DNA of 64,000 bases. It comes from Zygnema circumcarinatum SAG 698-1b (Eukaryota > Plantae > Zygnematophyceae). The notes beneath the pieces are model-generated. The model was not told where the DNA came from and ran no database searches. It saw nothing but the letters and a program-made list of their open reading frames with translations. Numbering within the stretch: position 1 is the first letter of the stretch; each line of letters starts with the position of its first letter. The stretch spans positions 4,689,909-4,753,908 of the forward strand of contig CM074804.1 of the NCBI GenBank assembly GCA_037447605.1, read 5' to 3'. Positions 60,924-64,000 of the stretch are shown one piece after another. The position numbers and the translations under genes were made by a program.

Positions 60924-62181
60924 GCTCCGCCAGCCTCTGCTCGCCTACCCTGGCCCTGCTGCTGCCACGTGGATCTTTGCCGGTCTTTGCCTTTGAAAGC
61001 ATTTCGTCTCTATAGAAGATCAGAGATTTACAGCGTTCGAGAGATCTGGAAATGGTTGTGGCATATGTTGCCTTACGGTGCTGGCTGCTCGCCCTGCGCC
61101 TTGAGCAGGCTTTCCTCTCGCTTCATTTTTGAGCGTTTGAAAAGCTGCAGGAGGGAAGGGCACAAAGCTGCAGTCGCTTCGAATCCAATCCAAGCCCGCC
61201 CTGACAGCTTTGAAAAGAGTGCCTGCTATGCGAGCCTCGAAATGGATTTGGAGTCCAAACAGGCAATTTGGTGTGTTGTTCGTCTCTCCTTATGAACTGT
61301 AGATTCTCTCCTAGGGCCGTTGAGTTGAGAGACAGCTGTGGTTATGGTATGGAATTCAAGCAGAGCCGCTTCCATGATGAAGCCGACAGAGCTGCTTCCA
61401 TGATGAAGCCGACAGAGCTGCTGCTGCAGCTGCTGAACGAGTTGAAAGAGCTGAACGAGTTGAAAGAGCTCAGGAGAATGATAACCAAAGTGGAAGCCTG
61501 CTGCTACTGCTGTTTGTTCAAATGATGAAACCCTGTCCGCCGGAGTCACAGCCGTGACTGCAACTGTAGAAAAAAATTAGAAAAAAAAAATGATAGGCAC
61601 GGCTTTAAGTGGCGAAACCAGATGATGCTCTCCTAGAAGAAAAAAAATTATAGCAGGTGGCTCACTCCCTCCCTCTAGAAAGGGTGGGCGGATCTCAACA
61701 TGTATGCTGAAGGGCCAGTCACAAGACTCGGTGTCACGGCAGGAATCGAACTAACTGCGGCCTCTAATGGGAAACGGAACCCGGCAATAGACGCTTGAGA
61801 ACGAGAGAGAAAACCCGTCCTCAAGGAGCCGAGGGCAGACCCTTCCCCTTTCTGCATGAATTGCAAAACTTACAAATTCATCTAATCCGTTCTGCTAAAA
61901 AATAAACTAAACGGTTTCCCTGATCCCGGAGGAATTAGCTCGGCAGGCTCAACGCCTAGGAAGACGCATACAAGCTAAGCAGGACCCGTATCCCCCAGCT
62001 TGTGCCATATGAACAGGATTGCCGTTCTCCCCATAAAGAGAAAAGCAATAAGGAGATGAATGGGGTGATCGGTGCGCCCTTTGGAGATATGGACTGGTTG
62101 TCACGGATATCACAGCCGTCACTGGTTTGTCTTAACTTCAAACGTTGTCTCCCATGGATTGAAAAAAAGTAAAAGGTCTCC

Positions 62182-63496
62182 CTAAGGTTTTGCTGGCAAG
62201 ATTGATGAAGGCGAGACAAGGAAGAGAACGTACGCCATAACACAGCCCAGGACGGCTCCTGCAGCAACCTGCAGGGGAAGGAAAGGAAGTCAATTCCAAG
62301 CCAGTGTAGAGTGTCTCGGTGCATACTACATCCGACTGTCCATATGCTTCACCTGCCTAGACACTCCAGCTCGTATCTGAATCGCCTCATTCAGAACAGA
62401 GATTGACGACACTAGAGAGGAGCATGAAAAAACAGCAGCTATTCTGACTAAGGTAATTGGGCATGCCACATATGAGATTATTTTAGTATTCTAACAGATA
62501 CCTTATCTTTTATATTCTTGAAAAGTCCAAGCAAAACACAAGCAAATTTGCAAAAAAACAAGACATAAAATCACCTGCGGAGGTGTGTGCCCCAAAGGTT
62601 CCCTTAAAGGCCTGGAATCGGCCAGTGGATGGTCTGGCGGCAGCTCATACACAATCTGGTTCAGGACCTGCACGATCCAGCGCCTAAAGAACGTAAAATG
62701 CACGCTCCGAGTACAACCTGGGAAGAAGCAATAGAGAAACACGAGGACTATACTTCCAGCAGCAAAGGTATAAATTGCCTCCTCGCTCGTAAAACGAATG
62801 GTGACTAACAAAACCTTCATCACCTTCGTGCAATTCTTAGCTCACTGAAATCCAAAGTGAAACGACCTGTACTTGGAGTCTGGAAGTCAATAATTTGGTT
62901 TGAACCAGCAGACACGAAGCACCCTATATTTCTGGGCAACACGACAGCAACCGATAAACCTTAATCAAGTGCAAGCCCAGTCAAAGCGGTACTGAGCCCT
63001 GCAAATGCCCACCTCAGCCTGTCGACCTGCTTGTAGGCGAACTCCTGAGGCATCATACATCACCTGCGAGAAGTTATGCGCAAACCACAACCTCAGAACA
63101 AGAAGGACTTGCAATGCTCCTGCATAAAGTTTGAGTAATTCTGGCTTTAGCGAACAAGCTTCTCTGGTTACAACAAAAAACTAGCAATACGACATGACAG
63201 TGACCTAATTCTCCAACAGCAACCAGAAAAGCCTTGTATGGCTAAAAAATGCAATGAAGAGCTCCAGGCTTGTAAAAACGTGAGCTTCGCTACATCTCCC
63301 TCTCAAATTTGATCATAGGTTCACTTAAGTGGGGCTCACCACAGATGCGAGGACCATGCAAGCTGCAAACAAGTGACTTGCAGGTCCTTCTTTGAAACCC
63401 ACAGCTGCCGTAAGTCCCATCACCGTGGCTGAATGGGATGAAGGCATTCCACCAGACTGAAGCATACGCTTGATATCCCATCGTTTCTCCTTATAC
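62182..63496 (-). CDS. Acid phosphatase/vanadium-dependent haloperoxidase-related protein (DUF212), 3' exons; 5' end not resolved in the window
   Basis: YKEKRWDIKRMLQSGGMPSSHSATV; VMYDASGVRLQAGRQAE; VLNQIVYELPPDHPLADSRPLREPLGHTPPQ; VAAGAVLGCVMAY...*. GT-AG boundaries seen on the minus strand. Confidence 0.92.
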
Positions 63497-64000
63497 CTGG
63501 GAGACAGAAAGCGGTAAGACAAAATGAGAGGGGAGTAAGTGCATGTAATAACCCACTTGATGAGCTGTATCCACAGTCGCTCTTCTATGCCAGCAGAACA
63601 GGTTATCCTCAGAACATTATTCTCATAATAAGTCAGAGAACCAGAACAAAAATCGGTCTATGTGGTTAAAACAATTCAGGCAAGGAAACACTCTCAGGCA
63701 ATCAGGCAAAACGACAGAAACGCATTTCACATACAGCATCACACTTATGCATCAGGATACGATAGGCCGTTTGTTTTCAAGAAATTTCCTCATAACAACC
63801 TTCTGCATCTGAATCTATCACCGCTTCCATCTACACACCCTCACTACCGGAGTGACTATTAAGTTTGAATCCTATTAAGCATACCCATAGCCTGCATTTG
63901 GATTGCACTACACCCCTGCATTCGTTCTTGCCAGGAAACACATCTTCCTAGCGATCTTTGTGACTGCAGAAAGAGCTCACCGGCCAGACCCGATGGGGGA

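Noticed and set aside
61368-61470. Tandem 26-bp and 18-bp duplications containing ATGATGA (C-box-like) and an ELKELNELKEL ORF
   Set aside because: Simple slippage duplications in 3' flanking DNA. C/D spacing and terminal stem are not convincing for a snoRNA, and the ORF is low-complexity.
1-64000. rRNA, tRNA, snRNA or CRISPR loci
   Set aside because: No cloverleaf, rRNA-conserved blocks or repeat-spacer arrays were recognised by eye. A covariance-model scan (tRNAscan-SE, Rfam) would be needed to exclude small ncRNAs.

Overview
Eukaryotic nuclear DNA from a green plant lineage. It is intron-rich with GC-rich promoters, probably a streptophyte alga or early-diverging plant; the species cannot be fixed from sequence alone. 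It is a draft assembly with seven 10-N gaps (1607-1616, 9278-9287, 15626-15635, 18001-18010, 18186-18195, 25754-25763, 33695-33704). Nine host genes are supported: a ~994-aa protein with a catalytically degenerate soluble pyrophosphatase fold plus a long disordered tail; NBR1; an orphan coiled-coil protein; a membrane-anchored SAM methyltransferase; WDR13-like; GEN1-like resolvase; an RLCK-type kinase; DRG GTPase; and a partial DUF212 (PAP2-like) gene on the minus strand. Intergenic space in the left half is a nest of mobile DNA. One Ty3/gypsy family appears four times (two long copies, one solo LTR, one gapped copy), with TGTAGC...GCTACA LTRs and 4-bp TSDs. A solo LTR of a second family sits inside one copy. 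There are two remnants of a hAT-like transposase C-terminus, a family of non-autonomous TIR elements seen with two different terminal signatures, and a foldback palindrome. No rRNA, tRNA or CRISPR array was seen. The most interesting signals are (1) the pseudo-pyrophosphatase; (2) a CGTAC/GTACG-cluster signature upstream of most genes, with all four insertions of the gypsy family landing next to such clusters (possible promoter-targeted integration); and (3) no canonical PPT/PBS visible for that family. All alignments were done by eye and exon boundaries are approximate unless stated.
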